In this document: positions 19,801 to 28,712 of the stretch, in pieces
Layout of the letters: each line of letters begins with the position of its first letter
Numbering within the stretch: position 1 is the first letter of the stretch
From: Marispirochaeta sp.
GTDB lineage: Bacteria; Spirochaetota; Spirochaetia; JC444; Marispirochaetaceae
Reading direction: 5' to 3'
NCBI GenBank assembly: GCA_963676835.2
Contig: CAXXFF010000004.1
Coordinates: 448,001-512,000 of the forward strand
Length of the DNA stretch: 64,000 nt
Notes under the pieces: model-generated
What the model was told of the DNA's origin: nothing
The model's database searches: none
Seen by the model: only the letters and a program-made list of their open reading frames with translations
Made by a program: the position numbers and the translations under genes

Positions 19801-21522
19801 TCAGATGCTCAGCCAGAGAACCTGATAGGGAGCAAGCCTGATGCTGCCATCTTCGGCAGCAACCCTGCTTCCGCCAACAAGATCATCAGCCGCATCTCCG
19901 ATACCGGATGCGGGATCTACCTTCCACAGAGAAGGTGAATCGCTGACATTCACCAGACAGATAATCCTGCCCGGCTTACCTTCAGCCCCCCGGGATACCG
20001 CAAAAACAGGTCCGTCCGCCTCGAGTATTCCGAAGGGAGAGGAGGGATCAAATGCCTTCAGCCCCCGTCGAATGGTCAGCAGCCTGGTATAATAACTGAA
20101 AATACGGCTTCGCAGGCTTCCTTTGTGGTCGAGTTCGGCACTGACTGTTTCAAGGTCAAGCTTCTGCCGGTTGATGGTGCGGTTCATGCCGGTAAGCTCC
20201 ATCCCCTCCGTCCAGTTTCCCGAGCCGATCAGGCTGTGTACATAAATCCCCGGAACTCCCGGCATAGCCAGGAGAATAGACTGGCTGGCTATAAACTTCT
20301 CAGCCTTCATTTCCGGATCATCCACATCTCCGGCAACGGCATCGCAGTAGTTTATATTCATTTCGTAGGGGATTTTTCCCGTGGCGGTTGCTTTGTAGGA
20401 GACCCGCCCTCCCCGCTCCTCAACGCTTGAAAGAAGCCCGGCAAGCTCATCGTCACTCAAAATACCATGGGCGGGAGTTACTCCCACACCGTCGTGGGAG
20501 GCCATAAAATTGAAATAGGTGGTTTTTCCGTCCACCGGAGGCAGGGTTGCCGCCCAGTCCCGCAGATGCCCCGCATCCTGACGCAGAAAAGCGTCAAGGG
20601 TAAGAGGAGGCAGGCTGAACTGATAAATCATCTGAGCCTCATCCTCACCATTTCCGAAGTAGGAGATATTCTCCTTATGGGGAACATTGGTCTCCGTAAG
20701 AATCAGAACCCAGGGTACATACTGCTTCACCACTTCCCTGAAAAGCTTTACCACCGCGTGGGTTTTCGGATGATGCAGACAGGAGTGCCCAATCTCCTTC
20801 CAGAGATAGGCTATGGCATCAAGCCTGATAATCTGCACCCCCATTTCAACATGGAAAAGGAAAACATCCACCATCTCGATAAGCACCTGGGGGTTGCCGA
20901 AATTCAGATCAACCTGATCTGCCGAAAAGGTTGTCCAGACATGCCGAACCCCGGCATCAGTCTCAAAAGGGGTCAGCAGGGGCAAGGCCCGGGGACGGAC
21001 AACCATGGAAAGATCCGTTTCCGGATCTTCGGTTATAAAAAAGTCCCGGTACTCCTCTTCGTCCCGCAGAAATGCCTGAAACCATTCATGGGAGGCAGAG
21101 CAGTGATTTAATACCAGATCCGACATCAGCCGGAAGGATGCACCGATGGAAGAAATCTCCGGCCAGTCTCCCCAGCCGTCATGGACAGCCTTGTAGTCGG
21201 ATATGGAGAACCCGTCATCCGAAGTGTAGGGAAAAAAGGGCAGTATATGTATACCCGACATACAGCCGGCGAGCCGCTTCTGCGCAAACTCCTCAAGACA
21301 CTGCAGAGAGGGACGCAGCTGATCCTGAAACTGATCTCCATAGGTGATCATGAATGCATCTTTCTGATCCAGCGGCAGAGATCCCTTAACCCGGCTTGCA
21401 GGAGGATGAATCCCGGCCACCCTGGCTTCAATCCGGGAAACCAGCCTGGACAATAACGAATCCGCATCATCCTTACCGTAGATAAACCCCAGCAATTCCT
21501 TCAGATAGTCAGTTTTCGCCAT
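19801..21522 (-). CDS. GH13_18 sugar phosphorylase, probably glucosylglycerate phosphorylase (YcjM-like)
   Basis: HILPFFPYTSDDGF, WTTFSADQVDLN, RLDAIAYLWK (nucleophile), LTETNVPHKEN (acid/base), ASHDGVG, PYEMNI. Confidence 0.88.
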   Translation of the reverse strand: MAKTDYLKELLGFIYGKDDADSLLSRLVSRIEARVAGIHPPASRVKGSLPLDQKDAFMITYGDQFQDQLRPSLQCLEEFAQKRLAGCMSGIHILPFFPYTSDDGFSISDYKAVHDGWGDWPEISSIGASFRLMSDLVLNHCSASHEWFQAFLRDEEEYRDFFITEDPETDLSMVVRPRALPLLTPFETDAGVRHVWTTFSADQVDLNFGNPQVLIEMVDVFLFHVEMGVQIIRLDAIAYLWKEIGHSCLHHPKTHAVVKLFREVVKQYVPWVLILTETNVPHKENISYFGNGEDEAQMIYQFSLPPLTLDAFLRQDAGHLRDWAATLPPVDGKTTYFNFMASHDGVGVTPAHGILSDDELAGLLSSVEERGGRVSYKATATGKIPYEMNINYCDAVAGDVDDPEMKAEKFIASQSILLAMPGVPGIYVHSLIGSGNWTEGMELTGMNRTINRQKLDLETVSAELDHKGSLRSRIFSYYTRLLTIRRGLKAFDPSSPFGILEADGPVFAVSRGAEGKPGRIICLVNVSDSPSLWKVDPASGIGDAADDLVGGSRVAAEDGSIRLAPYQVLWLSI

Positions 21523-21575
21523 TCCGGTTCCTCCTCTTACCTATTACAGTAGGGGCCAAACCCCCATTTTGCAAG

Positions 21576-21659
21576 TCTTTATAAAAAATCGGATTCGGCC
21601 ACTTCGACTTTGCTCAGTGAAAGTACGCTCAACCACCGCTCTGTACATCTTTATAAAAA
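21576..21659. repeat. 12-bp direct repeats (TCTTTATAAAAA) flanking a REP-like CTTCGAC...GCTCAG segment
   Basis: Identical 12-mers at 21576-21587 and 21648-21659 in the divergent intergenic region. Confidence 0.55.
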
Positions 21660-21712
21660 TTCATGTTCACAGTAGTATCAACTGACATGTGCAGCATAGT
21701 GCGGAGTAAATC

Positions 21713-23293
21713 ATGATTCAGGCCGTAACAATCTTTCATTATCATCTCCTTCCCGGAGGGGTTACCAGTGTAATCACTCTTGCCTGTGAGGCCCTGGCCC
21801 GGCATATGCCGCAGCTGAAGAAAATTACTCTATCTGCCGGAACCGGGGAGAATCTAGCCGAAACAGCAGAGGCCATCAGAAACCGCATAAAGGATTACCC
21901 CCTGCAGCTGGAAACCGCGGTGCTTCCGGAAATCGGCTATGTTAGCGGCATGCCTTCAGCCCCTTCGGTAAAGACAATAAAGCGGCATCTGCTCAGGTTT
22001 TCCGGCAGCCTCTGGTGGATACACAACTACCACCTGGGCAAGAATCCGCAGTTTACCCAGGCTCTTCTGGAGCTCATCGAAGAGAAACCTGAACAGCAGA
22101 TACTCTTCCATATTCATGACTTTCCCGAATGTGCCCGCTATGAAAACCTTCTTCGTCTGAAAAGCAACCTCACAAAAAATCCCTACCCCCGGGGAAAGAA
22201 TGTACGCTATGCCCTGATCAACCGGAGAGACCTGAATCTGATGAAACAGTCGGGGGTTCCGGAGAATTATCTGTTCCTGCTCAATAATCCGGTAAGAAAA
22301 AGCACTGCCGCGGCAGTTGTTGATCCCCCGGATACCGCCAGAATACGCCGAACCCTCGCCCGGAATTTTTCCGACCGGGGAAACTATCTCCCGGAGGGGC
22401 TGCATCTGTTTTATCCGGTTCGAACAATCCGCCGTAAAAATATCCTGGAGACGGGAGTCTGGGCGCGACTAGCTGCTGCCTACAGGAGTGAACCGGTAAA
22501 TCTGATTGTCACACTTCCGGGGGTCTCCGCAGCAGAGAAGCATTACTCTGCCGCCGTAGAAGCTGCGTTCAAAGATGGACTAATCCCCGGTCTGTGGGGC
22601 ATCGGGCGCCACCTTGAATCCGCAGGTGTTTCATTTACCGATCTGGGACGCTCCTGCGACATAATGACAGCAAGCTCCGTTCAGGAAGGTTTCGGCTATA
22701 TCTTTGTGGAGGCACTGCAGTGGGGACTGCCTCTCTTCGCCAGGGATCTGGATATACTTGAAGGAATACGGCACCTTTTTGATCCGAAATCCAGCCGGTT
22801 TTATTCCGAACTGAAAATACCCGCCAGTCCGGCCCGGGTGGAAAAGCTGCGGATCCAGTACCGGCAGAAACTGGAACGGACCGCGGATCACCTGCCCGGG
22901 GAAGCGGCAGAAAAACTGAAAGAAGAAATTGAACAGACAGGAAGAGATGAGTACCTGGACTTTTCCCTGCTGAGTGTTCCGGAACAGATAGAAACACTGA
23001 AACTGCTGGACAGCCCGGTCTTCCTGGAAGAAACATTGCTGCTGAACAAGCAAAACCTTACAGGGTTTAATGATATTCTACATAACAGCCCGGATTCAGC
23101 CATGGTAAACACTGCGGAAGAACTGTTCAGCTTCAGCAACTTTGCTGAAAAAACCGGAGAAATATTTCTCTCCTATCAGGATGGGGAGAGAAGGGAACAG
23201 AAAACTGAAACCAGCCCCCGGACAAGCCTGGTGGAAGCATTTGCCCGGCTGAAATTCATGCTTCTGCTGTATGACTACAACGGGGAAAGCTGA
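21713..23293 (+). CDS. Uncharacterised GT4/GT-B glycosyltransferase
   Basis: HYHLLPGGVTSVI, HIHDF, YPVRTIRRKNILE, SVQEGFGYIFVEA (E-x7-E GT4 motif). Confidence 0.8.
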   Translation: MIQAVTIFHYHLLPGGVTSVITLACEALARHMPQLKKITLSAGTGENLAETAEAIRNRIKDYPLQLETAVLPEIGYVSGMPSAPSVKTIKRHLLRFSGSLWWIHNYHLGKNPQFTQALLELIEEKPEQQILFHIHDFPECARYENLLRLKSNLTKNPYPRGKNVRYALINRRDLNLMKQSGVPENYLFLLNNPVRKSTAAAVVDPPDTARIRRTLARNFSDRGNYLPEGLHLFYPVRTIRRKNILETGVWARLAAAYRSEPVNLIVTLPGVSAAEKHYSAAVEAAFKDGLIPGLWGIGRHLESAGVSFTDLGRSCDIMTASSVQEGFGYIFVEALQWGLPLFARDLDILEGIRHLFDPKSSRFYSELKIPASPARVEKLRIQYRQKLERTADHLPGEAAEKLKEEIEQTGRDEYLDFSLLSVPEQIETLKLLDSPVFLEETLLLNKQNLTGFNDILHNSPDSAMVNTAEELFSFSNFAEKTGEIFLSYQDGERREQKTETSPRTSLVEAFARLKFMLLLYDYNGES

Positions 23294-23298
23294 TTCTG

Positions 23299-24192
23299 CT
23301 AAGGATAGAGATCAGTTAAAAGTTCCTTCAGATTCCTCACCCCTTCAGAGAGCATCGGCCTGGGAGAAAAAACAAAGGCTCCCTGCCGCGGCGGCGGACT
23401 CTCCCCGGAAAGCTTCAGTACTGCAACAGCTTCACTGCTATCCGCTTCCAGCACCGTTGCCGGAAGAAAGCCCACTCCAAGGCCGGCAGCGGCAAAGCGG
23501 CGTATTCCTTCGGGATTTGAAGAGATATAAACCGGCGACCAGTCCGCCGGCGGCGAAAGCCAGTTATTCAAAATCTGACCGGCGGTGCTTTGCGCCGGGG
23601 GCACAGCCAGGGGCTCATTCAGCAGTTCAAGAGATCCCGGAGGCTTTCCCTTCAGCAGGGGCGATGCGGGTGCCGTTACAAATACGTCTTCAATATCCAT
23701 AAGAGGAATAACCCCAAGCTCCCCGGTGTCCGCAGGCAGAGTTATAAACCCCGCTTCCAGACTGCCGGAGCGGACCTGATCAACCACCGCACCGGATTCC
23801 AGAGTCCGGCACTGCAGCTGAAAATCGGGGTAACGCTCTCTGAAGCTGCGAAAAAGAGATGTGAGATAATAACTGCCCAGGTCTTCCGGCGCTGCCACGA
23901 GGAGATTCCCGGCGGATTTTTCAAGGAGTCCGTACACGGCGCGTTCACCAAGCTTGAGAAGTCGGTAGGATTCGCGCACGTAGGAGTAGAGCTCCCTCCC
24001 AGTTTCTGTAAGCTCTACTCCCCGTGAACGTCGTCTGAAAAGCCGCACTCCGAATGCCTGCTCCAGATTGCGGATGCTTTGACTCACCGCCGGCTGGCTT
24101 ACGGACATATCCGTCGCCGCTCCTGAAACACTTCCCCGAAGAGCTACCTCGTAGAACACCTTATACCATTCAAAATCGATTGATCTTCTCAT
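23299..24192 (-). CDS. LysR-family transcriptional regulator
   Basis: N-terminal HTH GSVSGAA..VSQPAVSQSIRNLE..GVRLFRR; substrate-binding domain. Confidence 0.93.
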   Translation of the reverse strand: MRRSIDFEWYKVFYEVALRGSVSGAATDMSVSQPAVSQSIRNLEQAFGVRLFRRRSRGVELTETGRELYSYVRESYRLLKLGERAVYGLLEKSAGNLLVAAPEDLGSYYLTSLFRSFRERYPDFQLQCRTLESGAVVDQVRSGSLEAGFITLPADTGELGVIPLMDIEDVFVTAPASPLLKGKPPGSLELLNEPLAVPPAQSTAGQILNNWLSPPADWSPVYISSNPEGIRRFAAAGLGVGFLPATVLEADSSEAVAVLKLSGESPPPRQGAFVFSPRPMLSEGVRNLKELLTDLYP

Positions 24193-24246
24193 TGATATAA
24201 GTAATTTCTATAACATCATTATAAACATAAGTTTTAATTATATCAA
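24192..24246. promoter_or_regulatory. LysR-type operator region: two ATA-N9-TAT boxes 30 bp apart
   Basis: ATAAGTAATTTCTAT (24197-24211) and ATAAGTTTTAATTAT (24227-24241); flanking inverted repeat TTGATATAA/TTATATCAA; immediately upstream of the lysR start. Confidence 0.6.
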
Positions 24247-24332
24247 GTATAATTTTTTCTTATATGAGACATTTTTCCACTCAGGTCAGATACTTTTAAG
24301 GGAAGAGCCCCTTGTGATACAGTCGAAGCAGA

Positions 24333-24764
24333 ATGAGTAACAGGAAGGATAAACGGGTTCTGGTTTTCGGGACATTCGATCTGCTCCACGAAGGCCATCG
24401 ATACTTTCTCAATGAGGCGCGCCGCTTCGGAAACACCCTGATCGCAGTAATAGCCAGGGACGACTTTGTTTTGCGCAGAAAAGGGCATCTCCCTTCTGCT
24501 CCGATCGATGAGAGGACAACTGTTTTAAAGGAAGCAGGTCTTGTGGATGAGATTTTTCCGGCGGATGAGACCATCGGCAGCTATCATATTCTGCGAACCG
24601 CCCTTCCGGACGTTATCTGCCTTGGGTATGATCAGAAAGAGTTGAAATCAAACCTGGAAGCCTGGCTGGAGGAGCACCATAAACCTCTGGAGATCCATGT
24701 GCTTCCTCCATTCAGGGAAGATGTGTATAAAACAACCCTGCTGCGCCGGAAAAACAGTCAGTAG
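24333..24764 (+). CDS. Cytidylyltransferase-like nucleotidyltransferase, RibL (archaeal-type FAD synthase)-like
   Basis: VFGTFDLLHEGH, VIARD, PDVICLGYDQ, YKTT. Confidence 0.78.
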   Translation: MSNRKDKRVLVFGTFDLLHEGHRYFLNEARRFGNTLIAVIARDDFVLRRKGHLPSAPIDERTTVLKEAGLVDEIFPADETIGSYHILRTALPDVICLGYDQKELKSNLEAWLEEHHKPLEIHVLPPFREDVYKTTLLRRKNSQ

Positions 24765-24820
24765 TTCCGGCGTTTACACAGGGCTGCCTTTACTCAGAGA
24801 AAACAGAGCAAATTGAAGAA

Positions 24821-26371
24821 CTACTCCAGACCGAAGATCAGGCTGTATTCAACCCCGGACTGCACGGACTCTTCGTACTGCCCCACTTCCAGCCAGTAGG
24901 TACCGGGAGCAAGATAACGGCTGATTCTTCCGTTATAATCCTCGCCGTCATCATCACTCTCCTCGATAATGTCAGACTCATCATGCAAACGGATAATGGT
25001 ATCCGCCGAACCTTCCGTTGCCAGGACTACCGTTGCCGCTGCATTAAGGGTAAAAGTATACCAGTCCATGTCTCCCGGACCGGTAAAGCTATGTACCTCA
25101 CGGCCTTCTTCCCCGGTCAGGGTAATAGAATGGGCTTCATCCATACTGTTGTCCGGTTCGTATTCATCCAGAACCGGCGCCGTCATGGATGCTGTAAGAG
25201 AATATTCTCCAATACCGCTGTTCTCGTACTCTTTAACGCAGAGATAATAGGTTTCGCCAGCAGAAACAGGCCCGTAGAAGATCCTGGCCTGAATATCACC
25301 GCTTCCGTCGTCATCCGACAAAAGGAGCTCCCCGTCTTCATCGTAAAGGTCCATATAGGTATCGAGGGATCCTCCGGCAAGAACATCAAGAAAATCACCT
25401 GCTGCTGCACCAGAGGGAATGGAAACCCGGTACCAGTCCTGATCGCCGGAGGGGAATATCCTCGCACTCAGAGCAACCGGGGAAACCTGCAGAACCGTAG
25501 CATCTTCCTTCCGGTTATTCGGCTCCATGCCATCGTCTTCAAACTCTTCCAGAGTGGAAACCAGTGTATAGGGGCCGCTTACATCACTGTCATACCCCCG
25601 TACTGCAACAATAAGGGTCTGACCAGGCTGAATGTCGAGAAAAACACGGGCATTTTCACCTACATCATCATCGTTCTCCATATAGGCATAATCCGGCTCA
25701 TCTGCATGATAAACCTCGATATAGGTATCGAGGCTGCTTTCGGTTCCCACAGAAAGAACACCCGCCCGGGCATCACTCGCCAGGGTGAAGCTGAACCAGT
25801 CGGTATCGTTATCCCCGGAGATTGTTCTATCGGAAACGGAACTGCCCGGCTGGACAACCTGGGGTGCCGTAAATGAATCGGGCTCGTAATAATCACCGTC
25901 ACTGTCTGACATCCTTGAAACAGCAAGGAGATCGGCCATAGATGGGCTGTTGGGAATGCGCAGTTCTTTTCCGCCCGCCAGTTCTCCGGCTGCATTGTGA
26001 ATGGAGAAAAAGAGCTGCAGGTTATCTCCTATGGGAAAGATCTGGCCTGAAAGCAGATAGTCTCCGGGCCCCCGGGTTGCAATAGATATACTATGCCCCC
26101 TCTTTGACGCAAGCCGTATGGGCAGGGCTGCGGCTATATACTCACCAAGAACAACGCTGCTTCCGTTATAGGTAATATCGCCGATACGGAGATCTGCAGC
26201 AGGGCTGTCTCCGCCCAGCTCCTTGACAATCAGCCCGGCAAGCTCATCCACCATCCAGGTTAGAGCCTCGCCGGTTTTATCCGTTCCGGAAGCCCCCGCT
26301 GACTGGGCACTCACCTGAAAGAGTGCCGAAAACAGAAGAAGGACTACTATAAAATTAGTTAAATACTTCAT
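24821..26371 (-). CDS. Secreted acidic protein with three PPC-like repeats
   Basis: Signal peptide from MKYLTNF (ATG 26371, SD GAGG); three repeats of YEPD/N...DxDWY/F...DTY...DDDG. Confidence 0.8.
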   Translation of the reverse strand: MKYLTNFIVVLLLFSALFQVSAQSAGASGTDKTGEALTWMVDELAGLIVKELGGDSPAADLRIGDITYNGSSVVLGEYIAAALPIRLASKRGHSISIATRGPGDYLLSGQIFPIGDNLQLFFSIHNAAGELAGGKELRIPNSPSMADLLAVSRMSDSDGDYYEPDSFTAPQVVQPGSSVSDRTISGDNDTDWFSFTLASDARAGVLSVGTESSLDTYIEVYHADEPDYAYMENDDDVGENARVFLDIQPGQTLIVAVRGYDSDVSGPYTLVSTLEEFEDDGMEPNNRKEDATVLQVSPVALSARIFPSGDQDWYRVSIPSGAAAGDFLDVLAGGSLDTYMDLYDEDGELLLSDDDGSGDIQARIFYGPVSAGETYYLCVKEYENSGIGEYSLTASMTAPVLDEYEPDNSMDEAHSITLTGEEGREVHSFTGPGDMDWYTFTLNAAATVVLATEGSADTIIRLHDESDIIEESDDDGEDYNGRISRYLAPGTYWLEVGQYEESVQSGVEYSLIFGLE

Positions 26372-26460
26372 TTGTACCTCATGCAAAAATTATCACTGTC
26401 AGTGTATCACGTTGAAAAAGCTTTTTCACCGGTTCCGCTCTCCTTACCTGGACAGAGTGC

Positions 26461-26618
26461 AGGCCACCTCTAAAAACTACTCTTTTCTCCATATTCTGCG
26501 TCGTCAAGATTTCCCGCGGTCCTCTCCTGCACCAAAACAATTTTGGTGCAGGGTGCGGGCGCTATAAAATCTCTCCTCCTGGGCTATGGCAAAAATACTA
26601 GGTGCTTAGAAGTGTCTT
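26461..26618. repeat. MITE/REP-like imperfect long palindrome with a central perfect hairpin
   Basis: Degenerate terminal inverted repeats AGGCCACCTCTAA / TTAGAAGTGTCTT; core CCTGCACCAAAA-caa-TTTTGGTGCAGG (26526-26552), shared with 42904-42939. Confidence 0.6.
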
Positions 26619-26662
26619 GAAGATATTTATCTTACTGCAGATTTTAACTATACTCCCGGGCA

Positions 26663-27610
26663 ATGAAACAGCAATTTATTATCGGCCTGCTTGTATGCGG
26701 AGCTATCGTTGCGGCAGCCCTCGGGCTGGCAGAACTTCTGCCGGCGGTAGGTTCAGTTACCCTTGCCATTATACTGGGTATTTTTGTGGGAAACCTTACC
26801 GACTTCGGGGTTAGAGGCAAAACCGGAATCGCCTTCTGCGAAAAGAGGCTTTTGAATATTGCAATTGCCCTTATGGGATTTGAACTCTCCGTAAAGGCTG
26901 CCGCAGGTCTCGGTCTGCAGGCTATTCCGGTAATTCTCGGCGTAATAGTGTTTTCAATTTTCGCAGGAGTTCTTGCTGCCCGCTTTCTGCCGGTGCCGGG
27001 AAAACTGGGACTGCTTTTAGGTATTGGAAACGGGGTCTGCGGATCAGCTGCTATTGCAGCTTCTGCGCCTCTGATTGATGCAGATACAGATGATGTCGGG
27101 ATCTCCGTGGGAGTGGTAAATCTGCTCGGCGCCTTCGGAATATTCCTTCTTCCCATGCTTGCAGGAATACTGAAACTGAAAGACCCCCAGACGGGCCTTC
27201 TTATCGGTGGAACCATTCAGGCCGTGGGACAGACAGTGGCGACCGGGCTGCGCATGGGTGATCATATTGCGGGTCTGGCAATTGTAGTAAAAATGGGACG
27301 GGTTCTCCTTCTGGGAGTGGTACTTATAGCCTTGAGTCTGGTTTTCCGGAAGAAAAATGCCAAAGGCTTTCCGGTGCCGCCTTTTATCCTTGCCTTTCTG
27401 GCCTGCGCCCTGGCGGTCAACCTGCTTCCTATTCCCGAGTCGGTTCTCAGTTGGATAAATCTGGTGAAAAAGATTTTCCTCATGTGCGCCATGGCAGGAA
27501 TAGGCATGGGAATAAAGCTTAAGACACTCCGCACCCACGGAGCAGCAGCGCTGCTAGTTGGAAGTGCAATTTTTGCTGTGAATATTGCCTACGTTCTGCT
27601 GGTTATTTAG
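26663..27610 (+). CDS. YeiH/UPF0324-family membrane protein (putative sulfate exporter family)
   Basis: About 10 TM helices; GNGVCGSAAIAA, GGTIQAVGQTVA, VVKMGRV, AMAGIG. Confidence 0.87.
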   Translation: MKQQFIIGLLVCGAIVAAALGLAELLPAVGSVTLAIILGIFVGNLTDFGVRGKTGIAFCEKRLLNIAIALMGFELSVKAAAGLGLQAIPVILGVIVFSIFAGVLAARFLPVPGKLGLLLGIGNGVCGSAAIAASAPLIDADTDDVGISVGVVNLLGAFGIFLLPMLAGILKLKDPQTGLLIGGTIQAVGQTVATGLRMGDHIAGLAIVVKMGRVLLLGVVLIALSLVFRKKNAKGFPVPPFILAFLACALAVNLLPIPESVLSWINLVKKIFLMCAMAGIGMGIKLKTLRTHGAAALLVGSAIFAVNIAYVLLVI

Positions 27611-27648
27611 AGACTGATTGTAGAATTATCTTCCAGAGTAAATAATCC

Positions 27649-28620
27649 CTATGATTTGGGGTATCTCTCATTCAATGATGAGTATAGATTTTCCAGGGCA
27701 GTTCCGCCCTGGTAAAGGGCAACATTTCCCTCAGGCCAGGAATGTCCTTCAATATTATAACCATCATCAGGAAAGATAAGATTTCCATTTAAATGGCGCT
27801 GTTCCACGCACATTGCCAGAAGAGTTTCAGCGATACCTTCTGCTGAAGCAAAACGCTTGGTTGGAGTATGCGCAAGGATGCTCTTTGCCCGGGGCTTTGG
27901 TTCTCCGTTGGGTGTAAAACTCAATGATCTATTAAGGTCAGTAACAACTGTGCCGGGAGCGATCCCATTCACACGTATACCAAATGGGGCTAATTGAGCT
28001 GCTGCTGTTTGCACAAGCCCTTCAACACCATGCTTACTTGCATTATAGCCATAACTGCCATACAGCGAATGCCTACTGGCACTGCTGCATAAGTGTATGA
28101 TATGACCTTTACGCTTAGGGACCATATTTCGAGCCATAGCGAGAGTAAAATTAAAAGCACCTGTCAAATTCAGCTCTATAACTCTTTTAAAAGCTTCAGA
28201 AAGCTGAACCGGGTCTTCCAGGACGAGATCAAACTCCGGGTGATGCACTCCTGCAAAATTCACCGCCACATCGATACTTTCCAATCTCTCAAATATCGCC
28301 CTGGAAGCTTCCAGTGTATCTTCAATGCTGCGAACATCTGATGCGATAGCAAGAGAAAGAGCTTCTTCGTCTATAGAATTAAGGTTTCCCACAATCGTTT
28401 TAAAGCGTTCCATACGCTGTGCTCCGAGAATTTCATCACTGGGAATAAAGTCAACAATAGCCAATTCTGCGCCACATAGGGCAGCGGAGTATAGAAACAT
28501 CTCTGCCAGGGCACCTATGCCGCCAAAGGCAGCAATTTTTTTTCCCTTCAAGTCTATTTGCGGGGTGAAGTCGTAATTAAAATCTCTGCTTTTCAAGTTC
28601 TCAAATTCTATAATTCGCAT
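27649..28620 (-). CDS. SDR-family oxidoreductase (sugar-acid dehydrogenase-like)
   Basis: NFAG, NLTGAF, catalytic YNASK, IRVNGIAPG; atypical Gly motif GGIGALA; last gene of a TRAP operon. Confidence 0.85.
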   Translation of the reverse strand: MRIIEFENLKSRDFNYDFTPQIDLKGKKIAAFGGIGALAEMFLYSAALCGAELAIVDFIPSDEILGAQRMERFKTIVGNLNSIDEEALSLAIASDVRSIEDTLEASRAIFERLESIDVAVNFAGVHHPEFDLVLEDPVQLSEAFKRVIELNLTGAFNFTLAMARNMVPKRKGHIIHLCSSASRHSLYGSYGYNASKHGVEGLVQTAAAQLAPFGIRVNGIAPGTVVTDLNRSLSFTPNGEPKPRAKSILAHTPTKRFASAEGIAETLLAMCVEQRHLNGNLIFPDDGYNIEGHSWPEGNVALYQGGTALENLYSSLNERYPKS

Positions 28621-28712
28621 ATAACCTCTTTATCTACCAATGTTCTTAGCTCCCGAAGTGATCCCACTGTAGGTTGATCTTCTTTATAGAACTACCCCCC
28701 ACATCAATAGAT

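Noticed and set aside
24983..25876. 297-aa plus-strand ORF
   Set aside because: Antisense to the PPC-repeat protein, which has a clear signal peptide and repeats
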